Positions 10,567 through 35,397 of a stretch of 64,000 bases of DNA are shown piece after piece. This DNA comes from an uncultured delta proteobacterium. Its GTDB lineage: Bacteria; Desulfobacterota; Desulfobacteria; Desulfobacterales; Desulfatirhabdiaceae. The position numbers and the translations under genes were made by a program. Each line of letters opens with the position of its first letter. Position 1 is the first letter of the stretch. The DNA lies in assembly GCA_963789395.1 (NCBI GenBank), contig CAWBKP010000015.1:73668-137667 (forward strand). Reading direction: 5' to 3'. The notes beneath the pieces are model-generated. The model searched no databases and had not been told where the DNA came from. It saw only the letters and a list, made by a program, of their open reading frames with translations.

Positions 10567-11443
10567 CGCATCTTTCAGCTCAGGGAACCTGAAGACAAAG
10601 CCTGAAGCAATCAGTTTTTCAGGAATCACGCGCTGGCTGGCCAGGAGCGTTTCGGCAAATTCACCTAAAATGAGCCGAAGCGCAAATGACGGCGCAGGAA
10701 GAACCGCCGGTCTGCCAAGTACGGCTCCGAGGGTCCTGGCCAGCTCCCCGCTGGTAACCGGGTTCGGCGAGCAAAGATTCACCGCCCCCTGAATGGTCGC
10801 ATTTTCCAGCATAAACATCAGGCCGGCCAGAAGGTCCGCGATGTGTATCCAGGAAAACCATTGCCGGCCGCTTCCCATCGGTCCGCCGACACCCCACTTA
10901 AATGGCGTAATCATCTGCTTCAGCGCGCCGCCGGATCTGCCCATCACCACGCCAAAGCGCGCAGCAACAACCCGGACATTCTTTTTCTCCGCCTCAAACG
11001 CCTCGTGTTCCCAGTCTTTTCCCAACCGGGACAAAAAATCCCTGCCGCATGGCTCAGCTTCGGTAAGAATGTCATCCCCCCTGCTGCCATAATAGCCGAC
11101 CGCAGACGTGCTGATCAGGATCTGAGGCCGATCGCCTGTCATTCCCTCAACGACATGGCGGGTGGTAAGAATGCGGCTGTCGTAAATCTGCTGCTTGTAG
11201 GCACGCGTCCAGCGCTGAAAAATGGACATTCCCGCCAGATTGATCACCGCATCCACATCCTTCAACGCATGCTGCCAGGAACCTTTTTGCGTCGTATCCG
11301 CAGAAATCGCATGAAAACGCCCAGAACGTGATGGCAGGTGCCGATGAGCGCCCGATAACGGTGACTTCATGCTCGTCTTGCAGCAACTGCTGTGTCAGAA
11401 AAGAACCGACAAATCCGGTTCCGCCGGTTATCAGAAATTTCAT
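10534..11443 (-). CDS. TIGR01777-family NAD-dependent epimerase/oxidoreductase; frameshift near 11350
   Basis: ITGGTGFVG in ORF 11147-11443; VINLAG, STSAVGYYG, GSGRQWFSWIHI and SQRVIP in ORF 10534-11370. Confidence 0.85.
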
Positions 11444-11568
11444 CCTGGCCCTCCTTTGATGATAAACAAAAAGAAGTGAGCAGATCGGAGTTCCATTTCA
11501 GACACCTGTGAGCCCTTTGTCTGAAAACAACCCGGCCCATCTCATACCGGCAGCTTCCTGCAGATGGG

Positions 11569-12287
11569 TTAACCGATATTGAATTTGCCGGATTCGATAT
11601 ACGGCGCATCTTCGACATCAATGGCATGTACAATATCCTTGTTCAGCCTCAGCTTCATCTCCTGAATCACGGCCCGTTTCTTATTCACGGATTTGGCAAA
11701 TGCCAGGGCCTGAGGCATCAGATCCTGCAAGGAACAGGCCTGGGTAATGATATGATGCTGTTCGCACATCAGCGGCTGTCAGGCGATTTCCGGTATATTC
11801 CATTTCTTCGAGTTTATACATGGGAATGGCCTTTTTCAGCAGGGCATTCATCCCCGGCAAAAAAGGGATCCCCAGGTCCACTTCCGGAAAGCAGAAAAAC
11901 CCCCTGTCCGAGCGCATGAACCGGAAATCGAATGCACAGCACAGGATGGCGCCGCCTGCAAAGGCGTGGCCGCTGATCGCGGCAACAGTCACCAGAGGAT
12001 AAGTGACGATGCGCTTAAATAATCGGTTCAACAGACAGAAAAAATACCTTTGCTCCCTGGACATCCCCTTTCTGAATGACCGGAACCAGCCACGCCAGAT
12101 CAATGCCATTGGAAAAAATCTTTTCATGAGACGATGTCACCACAAGCGTTGTGGCTTCGGTTTTACTTTCAATTTCATCCAGCACAGATAAAAAACTATC
12201 TAAAAAAGATGGATTAAAGTGATTCTCTCCGCTGTTCAGGGTGACAACCGCCACATGTCCATCCACAATATAGTCAATCACCGCCAT
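11569..12287 (-). CDS. Enoyl-CoA hydratase/isomerase (crotonase) family; two frameshifts
   Basis: [29 protein letters not shown] spread over three overlapping ORFs; RBS GGAGGAGG. Confidence 0.85.
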
Positions 12288-12299
12288 GATTTCCTCCTC

Positions 12300-13669
12300 C
12301 TAAAAAACATATTCAATACCAAGCGTTATGCCATATTGATAAAATAGATCCGAATTCGGTTTCCGTACTGCCGATAGTTCTGGTTTCCATTCATAAAAAG
12401 CTGCGTATGATCGCCAAGATCATATCCTAAATATGGTAATAAACTGGCTGGATGTGTCATCAAGATTAATGGTACAGCGGATCATCAGGTTCAGTTTTTC
12501 CCAGATTTGTGTTTCCTGATACTGCAGCATGAGATAATTCTGCCGAAGAAGCCTCAATTTGGGATCCAGCGTGTGCAGCAGGGCCAATTTCGAAAGATCG
12601 CCTAACGGGTTAAGGATAATCGTAAAACCGGGAAGCCACCCGTCTGTATTGATAGTATGATTCAGCCTCTTCGCGGGAATATCCTGCACTGTTGAAAACA
12701 TATTCCGCAGGTAACCGTCTGGCCGGATTCAAAGGTGTAGGATCCGCCCAACAACCATAACGCTTCAAGGGATGTTGAATCCTCTTTTGCAGCCACCATT
12801 CGAATAAATTCCAGGTCATTCGGCTGAAAATCCTTTTTTTCGGGATACAGTGCATTTGTGCCTGCGGAAAAACTTCCCTCGGTGTAGAGCATCAAGCCAT
12901 CGGATACCGTCCATCCGCCAAAACCGCCAAGATGAAACCGGTCATTTTCGGTGTAGGAACCGATCAGGCTGGCATATTTTCGAAACGCCGTGTAATCCAT
13001 TTTCATCGCATAGGTGGGTTCGAATCCATACGGGAAAGTCTGTTCCCCTTTGCCGACATTGTCGATTAATCGAGAGGGTCCACGCCGGATTCATCACCCA
13101 GACCGTGCGCACAAAATCCATTCCTCTAACCTCCTGCCTGGGGTTGGATTGTCCGTTGTCCCTGAAAAACGGGTTGGATGGCGACAACAGATATGATGGC
13201 CCCCACTGAAGATTCTCCCTGCCATACGATACGAACCAGTTTTCATGGAGCCTGTAGCTGGCCAGCCATTCATTGACAAATATATCATCATCGGTTTTAC
13301 TCTGTCCTTTCAGCGGACCATCCTCCCACTCCTGCCAGGTTTCGAAAAACCTGGGTTTAATGCTCAATTTAATATCTCGAAACGCCAGGGAAAAGTCCGG
13401 ACGGAATTCACCTTTAAGGGCATAGCGGGGAATCTGAAGAAAATCGTTATCGGGGATTTTGCGTTGAATCCAGGCTGAATTACCGAACCTGAAATCACGG
13501 TCTTAAACAGGTAGTTAAATCCTTCCGCCAATTCGCCTGTCCAGGCCGAATCAGCGGGTTGTTGTGTGTCTTCTAAAGCCGGAAGGGAGAGAATTCCGCT
13601 GAAAACGTCTTCAGGGGCCCCCAGATTCCGAAAATCACCAGCAAAAACGTGATACTGAATGTATTCCAT
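12300..13669 (-). CDS. Probable outer-membrane beta-barrel protein, multiply frameshifted
   Basis: Consecutive minus-strand fragments (SYGRENLQWG..YLLSPSNPF); reconstructed C-terminus ...GITLGIEYVF* ends in Phe like OMPs; lies downstream of a LolA-like gene. Confidence 0.55.
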
Positions 13670-13700
13670 GAATTCACTGCAGAATTTGACTCCTGATTTT

Positions 13701-27120
<13,420 letters not shown>

Positions 27121-28023
27121 AAAATTACATCATCAGGAGATACGCCTGCATATTCAAGCGCATTTTTCATGGTTCTGGCCATCTGAATTCCCTCTGGTTC
27201 CGGGGCAATGATATTATATGCCTCAGATGTTGCGGCATATCCGGATATTACGGCATAAATTCGAGATTGCCTTTTCAGAGCATACTCGTATGGTTCAAGG
27301 AGTAGGGCACATGCGCCTTCGGAAACAACAAATCCACTGCCGTTTTTATCAGAAAGGACTGGCTTGCTTTTTCAGGATGAGCGTTATTCTCTGAAATCGC
27401 CAGAATTTGATTAAAACCGATCAGTTTTTCCTTTAAGACCATCGTATCGACGCCAACGGCAAAGCAGGGAAAGCCGGTTTGCACCACATAGTCATATCCC
27501 AGCCCTACGGCAAATGCTCCAGATGAACAGGCTGTGGCGACATTATATGACGATCCTCTGAAACGCAAACTCCCTGCTGATTGTGGCGGCATGCGAATCC
27601 AGCATCTCCAGGTTTGGCGCCGCAACCCGATCCGCATCCTTGGATTTAAACATTACATTCATCGTTGTATACAGATCCCCCGGATCCAGTAACGACGCCC
27701 GTGAAGGAATTTTGAATCACTTTTCGTGAATTTCCTGAATCTTCCATCGCCAAATTTACAACGTACACAGCAAGCCTTATAGGGAATATCATTCGCTCAA
27801 TCACGTCTGAAGAAACTCAAATGCTGTTCCTGCCTGAAAGTATTCAGGGGGAATTGCCCCTCCAATTTGTGTAAGAAATTCCTCGGTGCCTCAAATGGAT
27901 TATTCTGTGAATTCCACATTTTCCTTCCACCAAATTATTCCAAGATTCATTCAGCATGTATATCTCCAAGGGGGTAATCATACCAATGCCAGTTACCGCG
28001 ACATGCTTACTTGAAGTGCTCAT
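27121..28023 (-). CDS. Beta-ketoacyl-ACP synthase (FabF/KS family), frameshifted, 3' end lost in poly-T
   Basis: MSTSSKHVAVTGIGMITPL start; YNVATACSSGAFAVG active-site Cys; AGYAATSEAYNIIAP; MARTMKNALEYAGVSPDDV. Confidence 0.8.
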
Positions 28024-28151
28024 GGGTGTAACATTCCGAAAATCTATGAAAGCATTGTGATAATCATTTTTTTTGCCTTAACCATCGAATAGGATATAAA
28101 AAATGATTTCGAGAAGGCAAATGATGGGACAATGCGTTGCCATTTCATGGC

Positions 28152-29329
28152 TCAAGCAGGATAATCATATCGCTCAAACGTTATTTTCCATCGATGATAG
28201 ATAGATTGATTTTATTTCAGGTGAAAATTCAAATATATTTTTTCTATAATGACTGACTGATTGTCGATAAGATTTGAAGCATAAGGAAGCATGGCATCAA
28301 ATCCATTGATCTCCCAAATGATCATATATCCGTTCTAAAGACTTCACCGTATCTTTTTCAATCTCTTCAAATTTTATTTCAAACAGATTTTTTTCCGGAA
28401 TATTGTTTTTTTCATTGTGGTAATTTTGATAAAGTTGCTCAATATGTAGACAAAACCATCTCGCCAATATGTTCGTAACTTATGCGCTGCAGGAAAGAAA
28501 ACGAAAATGCATCGCGCCACAAACGTATGTTTGAAGGAAACACATGATAGGGATGCCGTATGACATGAATGAATTTGGCATCTGGAAACATCTCAAGCAA
28601 AAGGTTGATCCTAACCGGTATGCGTTGGAGACTTCAACACGATTTGGCGATTCTCAAAAACAGTCAGCCGTTTGAGAAACCACAAAAATGACAGTTTCCA
28701 TGCATCCCTGCGGGTTTCGGATAGCGCATGGGGATATTGAAATCCCTCTTCTATGCCCAATGTTTTAGGAAACATGATTCGCTCATACGGGGACGATCCG
28801 GTTATGGCGGCCAACGCAAATTCATCCTCAGCAGGCTCCAGCATCCCGAATTTGACATTATCCATTGGCCGGGTATCCATAGCAATCACCTTCTTTCGGG
28901 TTTTTTGCCACCGTATCAACCAAGGGAGTAGAAAGGAATTGGCGAATAATGCCTGATAGGATCTCAAATAGTTAAACTGCGGATCCTTACATATCAGATT
29001 ATGGAGATGTGTGGTGCCATTTCTCCAATGACCCAATATAAATATGGGTGAGCAATACAACGAGGTATTTTTTTTTATTCTTTCTGAAAATAAATAGTTT
29101 TCCCAGACTTTTAAAATTGAAAAAAGCGAGTCTGGTTAGAATTAGATGAAGCGCCTTGGCTCTGCAAGACGGAATCAATTCTCCAAAGGTGATGATTAAA
29201 TAAACCGATAATTTTATGCAATGTAAAACCACGAATCAATTGAAAATTACGTTGCTTTGATCGTGATAATCGGTATTTGGGTTCAGGCAGTGATATGCCT
29301 GGAAATTGGTAATCATCCACCCTTGTCAC
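28152..29329 (-). CDS. PAPS-dependent sulfotransferase family protein, frameshifted
   Basis: PIFILGHWRNGTTHLHNL (5'-PSB motif), RPMDNV, P.EDEF, VLKSPTHTG, FP.AKFIH..RHPY, C-terminal YRKN...RW..TFERYDY*. Confidence 0.8.
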
Positions 29330-29472
29330 ATTTCTCTTACTCTGGTTTCGATGTTTTAGCTTCAGCTTTAAGGTAAAACAACATGTTTCAACACAGACAT
29401 CTTTCGGGATAGAGCAACTGCCGAAAAAATCAACTCAAAAATAAGCATGATTTATGCCAGACAGAAACTAAA

Positions 29473-29676
29473 TTATTTCATTTTACAATCCTGATCCCAT
29501 TCCGGACAGGCGGTTTTGATGTCCGTCGAGTATTTCAGCATGCATTCGCCACATTCCAGATCAATATTCGGGACATCTCCATATCGTTCTTTAATTTCTT
29601 CCGGCGTCAGGACGGTCAACCCCGAACAGCCGCATTTGGGACAGGATGATTGAATCGTATATCGTTTTTTTGACAT
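29473..29676 (-). CDS. Small Cys-rich (Zn-ribbon-like) hypothetical protein
   Basis: 67 aa with CPKCGC, CGEC and two more Cys; RBS AAAGGA upstream. Confidence 0.7.
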   Translation of the reverse strand: MSKKRYTIQSSCPKCGCSGLTVLTPEEIKERYGDVPNIDLECGECMLKYSTDIKTACPEWDQDCKMK

Positions 29677-29837
29677 AATTGGGTTCCTTTCTGATGAAGT
29701 TGAAATGACTCACTGTAGAGTATTGTCAGAATTCAACTATTCAAATGTCAACATGAAATCGCTGTTATCAACCGCGAGCCGTATTCTCCGAACACTGCCG
29801 ATCGGCTTCCATGAAATGCAGAGACTGATACCGCCTG

Positions 29838-31568
29838 TTACGGCTTCTGCTGCGGAGCAACTCCTTGCTGTATCTGCACAATTTTAATGACTACCAGCGT
29901 TACATCATCCTCTTTCTTTAGCGGGTAGCGAAACCGCTCAAGAGCGCTCATGATATTATGAACAATTTCCGCGGCCGAAGATTCGGCGTGTTTTCTGATT
30001 ATATCTTTCAGCCTGTCTTTTCCGAACATCTTCCCTTCGGAATTGTGTGTCTCCCAGATGCCATCCGTTCCGATGATCAAAATCTGTCCCGGAAGCACGT
30101 CTCTTTCGGACTGGAGATAGGCCGCATCATCAAAAACGCCAAGCGCCATACCCTTTCCCGTGAGTTCCTGAAACGCTCCGGTACGCAGATCGAAGAGAAT
30201 GGCAGGTTCATGCCCAGCATTGACCCATCGCAGTTTGAGCGTCGCCCGATCCAGCTGACCATAAAACAGGGTCATGAACTGGCCGGAATCTTCAACATCC
30301 CGGGACAGCTGGCGGTTGACATCGCAAATCACCTGCGCAAGACTGCCGGGCATTGACGATCGCATCCGCAGCAGCGCCCTAGCCGTTGTCATGACCAGGG
30401 CCGAAGGGACGCCATGATCCGAAACATCACCGACCACAACACTGAACCTATCCGGACTCGACAAATCCGGCACATAGATATCGAAATAATCCCCGCCCGT
30501 TTCATCACAATAACTGCAGGCGCAGGCCATATCTATGCCAGGTACCCGTGGAAGGGTTTTGGGCAGAAGATTCTGCTGAACCTCCATTGCCATGTTCAAA
30601 GACTGCTGTATCCGGGAGCGCTCTCTGAGAACATCCACCATTTTATTGAAATTGTCCGCCATCGCACCCAGCTCATCATTGGACCTGACCTGAACCGAGG
30701 CCGTCAAATCGCCGTTTTCAACATCGATCATGGCTTTTTCTATATCCCGGATGGGGTCGACAATGCTGAGAGCAAACTGACGAGACAGCACGATCGAGGC
30801 GGATATGCCGATAACCACTAGAAAAGTCGTCAGGTTCAGCATGCTGTTCAAAACCGATGTCGGATCCATCAGCGGCATCAAGCGGGCCTTGTTGTAGGCC
30901 AAAAGCGCCATAAGCCCCAACGGCAAAACGCCGGTCAAGAAAAATGTGATCAGCATCCGAATCCTCAGTTTTAGCTGGTACGCGTCCGGCGTTTTTACCA
31001 TGTCGCCATCCGGGAAAAAATAGGGACGGATCTTTCGGCAGAGCGTTTCCATTGAAAATAGAATGACGGCACTGGTCACAAGACCGGCAATGGCGGTTCC
31101 GCCGAAAACGCGCGCCGCCTGCTTCATGCCGTCTGAAAGCGCTTCTCCTGCCGGATGGGCCGACAGCCTGAACAGCGCCATCAACAGGGAGGCAACCCCC
31201 CACATCAGCAGTGAAATACCGGCAGAGATAAACGGCAGATTCAATATCTGGCGTTGGGCTTTTTTTCGCAGGTCCAATGGCGCATCCTGTCCCTGACGGA
31301 TGATATGAATGTACTCCATGAGACTTTTTTTCCAGCGGTATTGATATTGCATGCCGATTAAGATCAACAAAATGGTGACAACTATCGGGATGACAAAGGC
31401 ATTGTACAGGACGGGAAGCTCTCCTGTCGGCTCAAAATGATAAAAATAGAAAATGCAGATTCCAGCACCGATGGCGTTGGCTGTAACAAGAAGAATGGTG
31501 AAGCTGCGCCATTCGCAGTCATCAAAAGACGAAATGTCAGCAGCGGCGGATGATAAGTTTTCAGTCAT
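29838..31568 (-). CDS. Membrane HAMP-domain SpoIIE/PP2C-family Ser/Thr phosphatase
   Basis: TM helices, HAMP (SNDELG.MA..FN.M), GGDYFD, VGDVSDHG, NAGHEP, GTDGI.E, DDVTLVV. Confidence 0.9.
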   Translation of the reverse strand: MTENLSSAAADISSFDDCEWRSFTILLVTANAIGAGICIFYFYHFEPTGELPVLYNAFVIPIVVTILLILIGMQYQYRWKKSLMEYIHIIRQGQDAPLDLRKKAQRQILNLPFISAGISLLMWGVASLLMALFRLSAHPAGEALSDGMKQAARVFGGTAIAGLVTSAVILFSMETLCRKIRPYFFPDGDMVKTPDAYQLKLRIRMLITFFLTGVLPLGLMALLAYNKARLMPLMDPTSVLNSMLNLTTFLVVIGISASIVLSRQFALSIVDPIRDIEKAMIDVENGDLTASVQVRSNDELGAMADNFNKMVDVLRERSRIQQSLNMAMEVQQNLLPKTLPRVPGIDMACACSYCDETGGDYFDIYVPDLSSPDRFSVVVGDVSDHGVPSALVMTTARALLRMRSSMPGSLAQVICDVNRQLSRDVEDSGQFMTLFYGQLDRATLKLRWVNAGHEPAILFDLRTGAFQELTGKGMALGVFDDAAYLQSERDVLPGQILIIGTDGIWETHNSEGKMFGKDRLKDIIRKHAESSAAEIVHNIMSALERFRYPLKKEDDVTLVVIKIVQIQQGVAPQQKP

Positions 31569-31757
31569 GGAAACCTCACAGCAGAAAAAATATCCGGATG
31601 GGTATTTCAGTGGTACGGTTGCTTTCCAGACTACCGTCACGTCAGAGTTGTGTCAACCCTTTGCAGGTGTTATGATGACAAGTTGTTAAGAGCCCTGGGA
31701 ATTTGAAGCTGAATTATTGTCCCCCTTACACGATCGCATTATTTGGAGAAACAGTTT

Positions 31758-34319
31758 ATGAGGAATTACTCCGGCAGCCGGACACATCAGAGATGCTGGC
31801 GCCGTAAATTTGCTTTGATTATGTTGACGTTTTCAATCCTGGTTGCCCCAGGCATCATCCTGAAGGGCGAAACGCTGGCCGCCCCTGAAAACCACAGCGC
31901 CAATCCAGCCGCACCCGTCACCGAAAATCACCGGACGGAAGATCTTTCGGCAATTGAAAATACCATCGATGCGGAAACACTGAGCAATGCGGAACTGAAA
32001 GCCAGTCTCGACCTGGCGGGAAAATACAAAAAAGCGTTGACCGCGGAAGCCGTGTATAACGTGCAGTTATCGGCTTATGGAAATATTCTCCTGCTGCCCC
32101 AGACCACCATAACGGATCTGGAAAACGCCAGAATCGACACCCTGAATGCACGCGACACCATTGATGGCAAACTTAAGGAGATATCCGACAAAACAGGCCC
32201 CTTCAACCAAATGCTGAATCAAACCCGGGAACAGCTCAGCCTGAATGAAAGGCAATTGACGGATATCGGTGCGGCCGGCCCGGTTGACCCGGTGACAGGC
32301 GCTTTGAAAAAAAATCTTCAAACCCTGATTACCCTGTTGACCGCCAAACAAAACCGCCTTGAGAAAATTCTTGAAATCTATCAGCCCCTGAAACTGCAAC
32401 TTGAAGAAACCCGAACCGCGCTATCCGATCTGTCGGAGAAACTCAGCCTTCAGATTACCGCGAAAAAGAAAGAAGCGCTCTTTAAGCGCGGCGTTTCGCC
32501 GCTTCTGGGGCTGAATATCATGCAGATTGAATCTGACATATCAACCATTTTCAACAAGATGTTGAAGCTGTTTTCCGCTGATTTCCGGACAGTTTTCACC
32601 ACATCTTTCTGGGAATCCGCCGGACACAAATTATTGACTGCTCTGGTTTTTTATATCGGCACACTATGGGGAATGCTGCGCGTCCGCAGGTTTTTACATG
32701 GCTACGAACAGAGCGGCAAGCTGATCAAGACACCCTGGCGGCATCTGGCTTTCAGTATTTTCAGAAAAACCCTGCTGCTTGCCGGAACAACGGTGTTTGT
32801 TGCCGGATACATGTTTCTCCAGGCGGAATCGGCAGAAATCGCCAAGTGGAGAATCGCTCCGGATTTTCTGTGGCTCTGGCTTTTGACACAGTGGGGGCTT
32901 TCAGGTATTCGGACATGGAACCGGCTGCCATTACCGGCAATCCCTTCACGGATCAGCCGGGGACTGGGTTTCGGACTTCGAAGCATCCGTTTATTCGGGA
33001 TCCTGTATATGGGGCTGGAATGGCTTCTGGATGGAACCGGAAGCCTGCTGATTCTGGCACGGATGCTGTTTGGAATCGGCCTGCTGGCCGGTTATATCCA
33101 TTTCTGGAAATCCGCGGAACCGCTTATTCCCGCGCTTTCCAACCGATTCCCCCAAATCCGTCCCATCGCGGTTAGAGCCGGATATGCGATTGCAGGACTC
33201 GGACCCGTGCTGGAGCTGATCGGCTATGGATATCTGGCCATCTACTGGTACACATCCTGGGGTATTACCATCATCGCCTGTTTCTGGGGTGCAATCCTGA
33301 TGATGTCGCTTCGCGAATGGCAGCAGGATCTTAAAGAACAACATGCACCCGATCGTTCCACCCTGCAATGGTTGACCATGAGAATGCTGTGTGCAATGTG
33401 GTTTCCGGTGTTTTTCATTGCCATGTTGATGGCCTGGGGTGGTAAGACTGCCGTGATCGCCGGTTTTTTCAAGATCATCAACTATCCGATTCCCATCGGA
33501 GATATGCAGTTCAGCCTTCTTGGATTTGCCTGCTCGGCCCTGATGCTGTTGCTCACCCACCTGTTCACCCACCTGTGGCGCAGCATTCTGCGGAAAAAAA
33601 TCCTTTCTGGAAGCGGCATGGATACGGGGCTGAAAGACTCCATTACCAGCATCAGCATATATCTGATCTGGGCCATGGGCATCTTTTTATCGCTGCGGAT
33701 GGTCGGGGTCAGCTCAACATCCCTCACCGTTGTTTTCGGCGCTCTCAGCATCGGACTCGGGTTCGGGCTTCAGAATATTTTCAACAACTTTATCAGCGGC
33801 ATTATTCTGCTCTTCGAGCGGCCCATTCAGGTGGGAGATGCCGTGGAAATCAATGGGGTGTGGGGCGTTGTCCAGAAAATCAATGTCCGCTCAACCCTGG
33901 TGCAAACTTATGACAACGCCTCTTTGATCATTCCCAATTCGGAATTCATCAGTAACCAGGTCATCAACTGGAGTTTTAAGGACCACCGCATCCGCAGGGT
34001 CATCACCGTTGGCGTGGCCTACGGATCGGACACCGTATTGGTATCCGCCATTCTCAAGGAGATTGCCGTAACCGCGCAGTGGGTTTTAAAAACGCCGGAA
34101 CCCGATGTGCTGTTCTCCGATTTTGGAGACAGTGCGCTGATCTTCAAACTTCGCGTCTGGACCCTGGTTGACCAGATGGTAAAAGTGGAAACTCACATCC
34201 GGTTTGAAATTGAGCGGCTGTTTCGGAAACATCATATCGAAATCCCTTTTCCACAGCGCGATGTTCACATCATCGGCGCTGATAACCCAAAGGATTCGAA
34301 CCTTCAAAGCACGGCATGA
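31758..34319 (+). CDS. Large MscS-family (MscK-like) mechanosensitive channel
   Basis: Periplasmic coiled coil, many TM segments, GALSIGLGFGLQNIFNNFISG, ERPIQVGD, IEIPFPQRDVH. Confidence 0.9.
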   Translation: MRNYSGSRTHQRCWRRKFALIMLTFSILVAPGIILKGETLAAPENHSANPAAPVTENHRTEDLSAIENTIDAETLSNAELKASLDLAGKYKKALTAEAVYNVQLSAYGNILLLPQTTITDLENARIDTLNARDTIDGKLKEISDKTGPFNQMLNQTREQLSLNERQLTDIGAAGPVDPVTGALKKNLQTLITLLTAKQNRLEKILEIYQPLKLQLEETRTALSDLSEKLSLQITAKKKEALFKRGVSPLLGLNIMQIESDISTIFNKMLKLFSADFRTVFTTSFWESAGHKLLTALVFYIGTLWGMLRVRRFLHGYEQSGKLIKTPWRHLAFSIFRKTLLLAGTTVFVAGYMFLQAESAEIAKWRIAPDFLWLWLLTQWGLSGIRTWNRLPLPAIPSRISRGLGFGLRSIRLFGILYMGLEWLLDGTGSLLILARMLFGIGLLAGYIHFWKSAEPLIPALSNRFPQIRPIAVRAGYAIAGLGPVLELIGYGYLAIYWYTSWGITIIACFWGAILMMSLREWQQDLKEQHAPDRSTLQWLTMRMLCAMWFPVFFIAMLMAWGGKTAVIAGFFKIINYPIPIGDMQFSLLGFACSALMLLLTHLFTHLWRSILRKKILSGSGMDTGLKDSITSISIYLIWAMGIFLSLRMVGVSSTSLTVVFGALSIGLGFGLQNIFNNFISGIILLFERPIQVGDAVEINGVWGVVQKINVRSTLVQTYDNASLIIPNSEFISNQVINWSFKDHRIRRVITVGVAYGSDTVLVSAILKEIAVTAQWVLKTPEPDVLFSDFGDSALIFKLRVWTLVDQMVKVETHIRFEIERLFRKHHIEIPFPQRDVHIIGADNPKDSNLQSTA

Positions 34320-34401
34320 AAGCGGTCACAAAAAAGCCGCCGGACCCTGTCGTTTTTTGCCGGTCGCACCTTGACTTCAGATTGCGTTTTACAAAGGCGC
34401 C

Positions 34402-35397
34402 ATGAATAAACCCAAAATCGCTCTATACTGGTGTGCCAGCTGCGGCGGATGCGAAGAATCGCTCATTGATCTGGGAGAAGATCTGCTGAAACTGGCGCAA
34501 TCCGCAGATATCATTTTCTGGCCCGCAGCCATCGACGCCCGGTTTGCAGATCTTGAAGCCCTGGCCGATGGCGCCATTCTGGCGTCCCTGATTAACGGCG
34601 CCATTCAGCAGGAAGATCATGTCATCATGGCCAGACTGCTGCGGAAAAAATCCAGATTCGTCATTGCAAACGGCGCATGTGCTCATATCGGCGGCATTAT
34701 CGGCCTTGCCAACCTTCACCGGCCCGAAGAAGCGATTCAAAGAGCGTATATCGATGCCGAGACCGTTTTCAATCCAACCCGTGCAATTCCCGGATCTGAA
34801 CCTTACTCAGGCTGTCCGTTGCCCCGGCGCCTGAGCCGGGTCAGGACGTTGGATCAGGTCATCGAAGTGGATTTTTATATTCCCGGCTGTCCACCCCCTT
34901 CGGAATTGGTGAAAAATGCCGTTTTCTGTGTTCTGGAAAACCGCCTGCCGCCAAAAGGCAGCATCCTGTCCGAAAACCGGGCGATCTGCCATTCCTGTCC
35001 CCGGCAAGGCACGCTGCCCGGACGGCTGTCTGTCCGCCGCTTCAAACGAATTCAAGAAACCCTGTGGAATCCGCTTGAATGTTTTCTGGACCAGGGGATC
35101 ATTTGCCTGGGACCTGCCACACGGGGAGGCTGTCTGTCGCGGTGTATTTCTGCAAACATGCCCTGCAGGGGGTGCATGGGCCCCCTGGACGGCGTTCGGG
35201 ATCAGGGGGCAACCGCCATTTCTTTCATCGCATCCCTCATAGATGAAACCGACGCCGAGAAAATCGCTGAAATTGTCTCTGAAATCGCCGATCCGGCAGG
35301 GCTGTTTTACCGTTACAGTTTGGCTGCGTCGCTGATCAAACAGGCAGTAAAAAACGCCATCAGACAGGCCGATGACTTTCCAAAGGGACCATCATGA
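34402..35397 (+). CDS. [NiFe]-hydrogenase small subunit, MvhG/VhuG-like (group 3), no Tat signal
   Basis: WCASCGGCE, GACA..GGI.GL, IPGCPP, CFL.QG..CLGPATRGGC..RC...NMPCRGC.GP. Confidence 0.88.
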   Translation: MNKPKIALYWCASCGGCEESLIDLGEDLLKLAQSADIIFWPAAIDARFADLEALADGAILASLINGAIQQEDHVIMARLLRKKSRFVIANGACAHIGGIIGLANLHRPEEAIQRAYIDAETVFNPTRAIPGSEPYSGCPLPRRLSRVRTLDQVIEVDFYIPGCPPPSELVKNAVFCVLENRLPPKGSILSENRAICHSCPRQGTLPGRLSVRRFKRIQETLWNPLECFLDQGIICLGPATRGGCLSRCISANMPCRGCMGPLDGVRDQGATAISFIASLIDETDAEKIAEIVSEIADPAGLFYRYSLAASLIKQAVKNAIRQADDFPKGPS

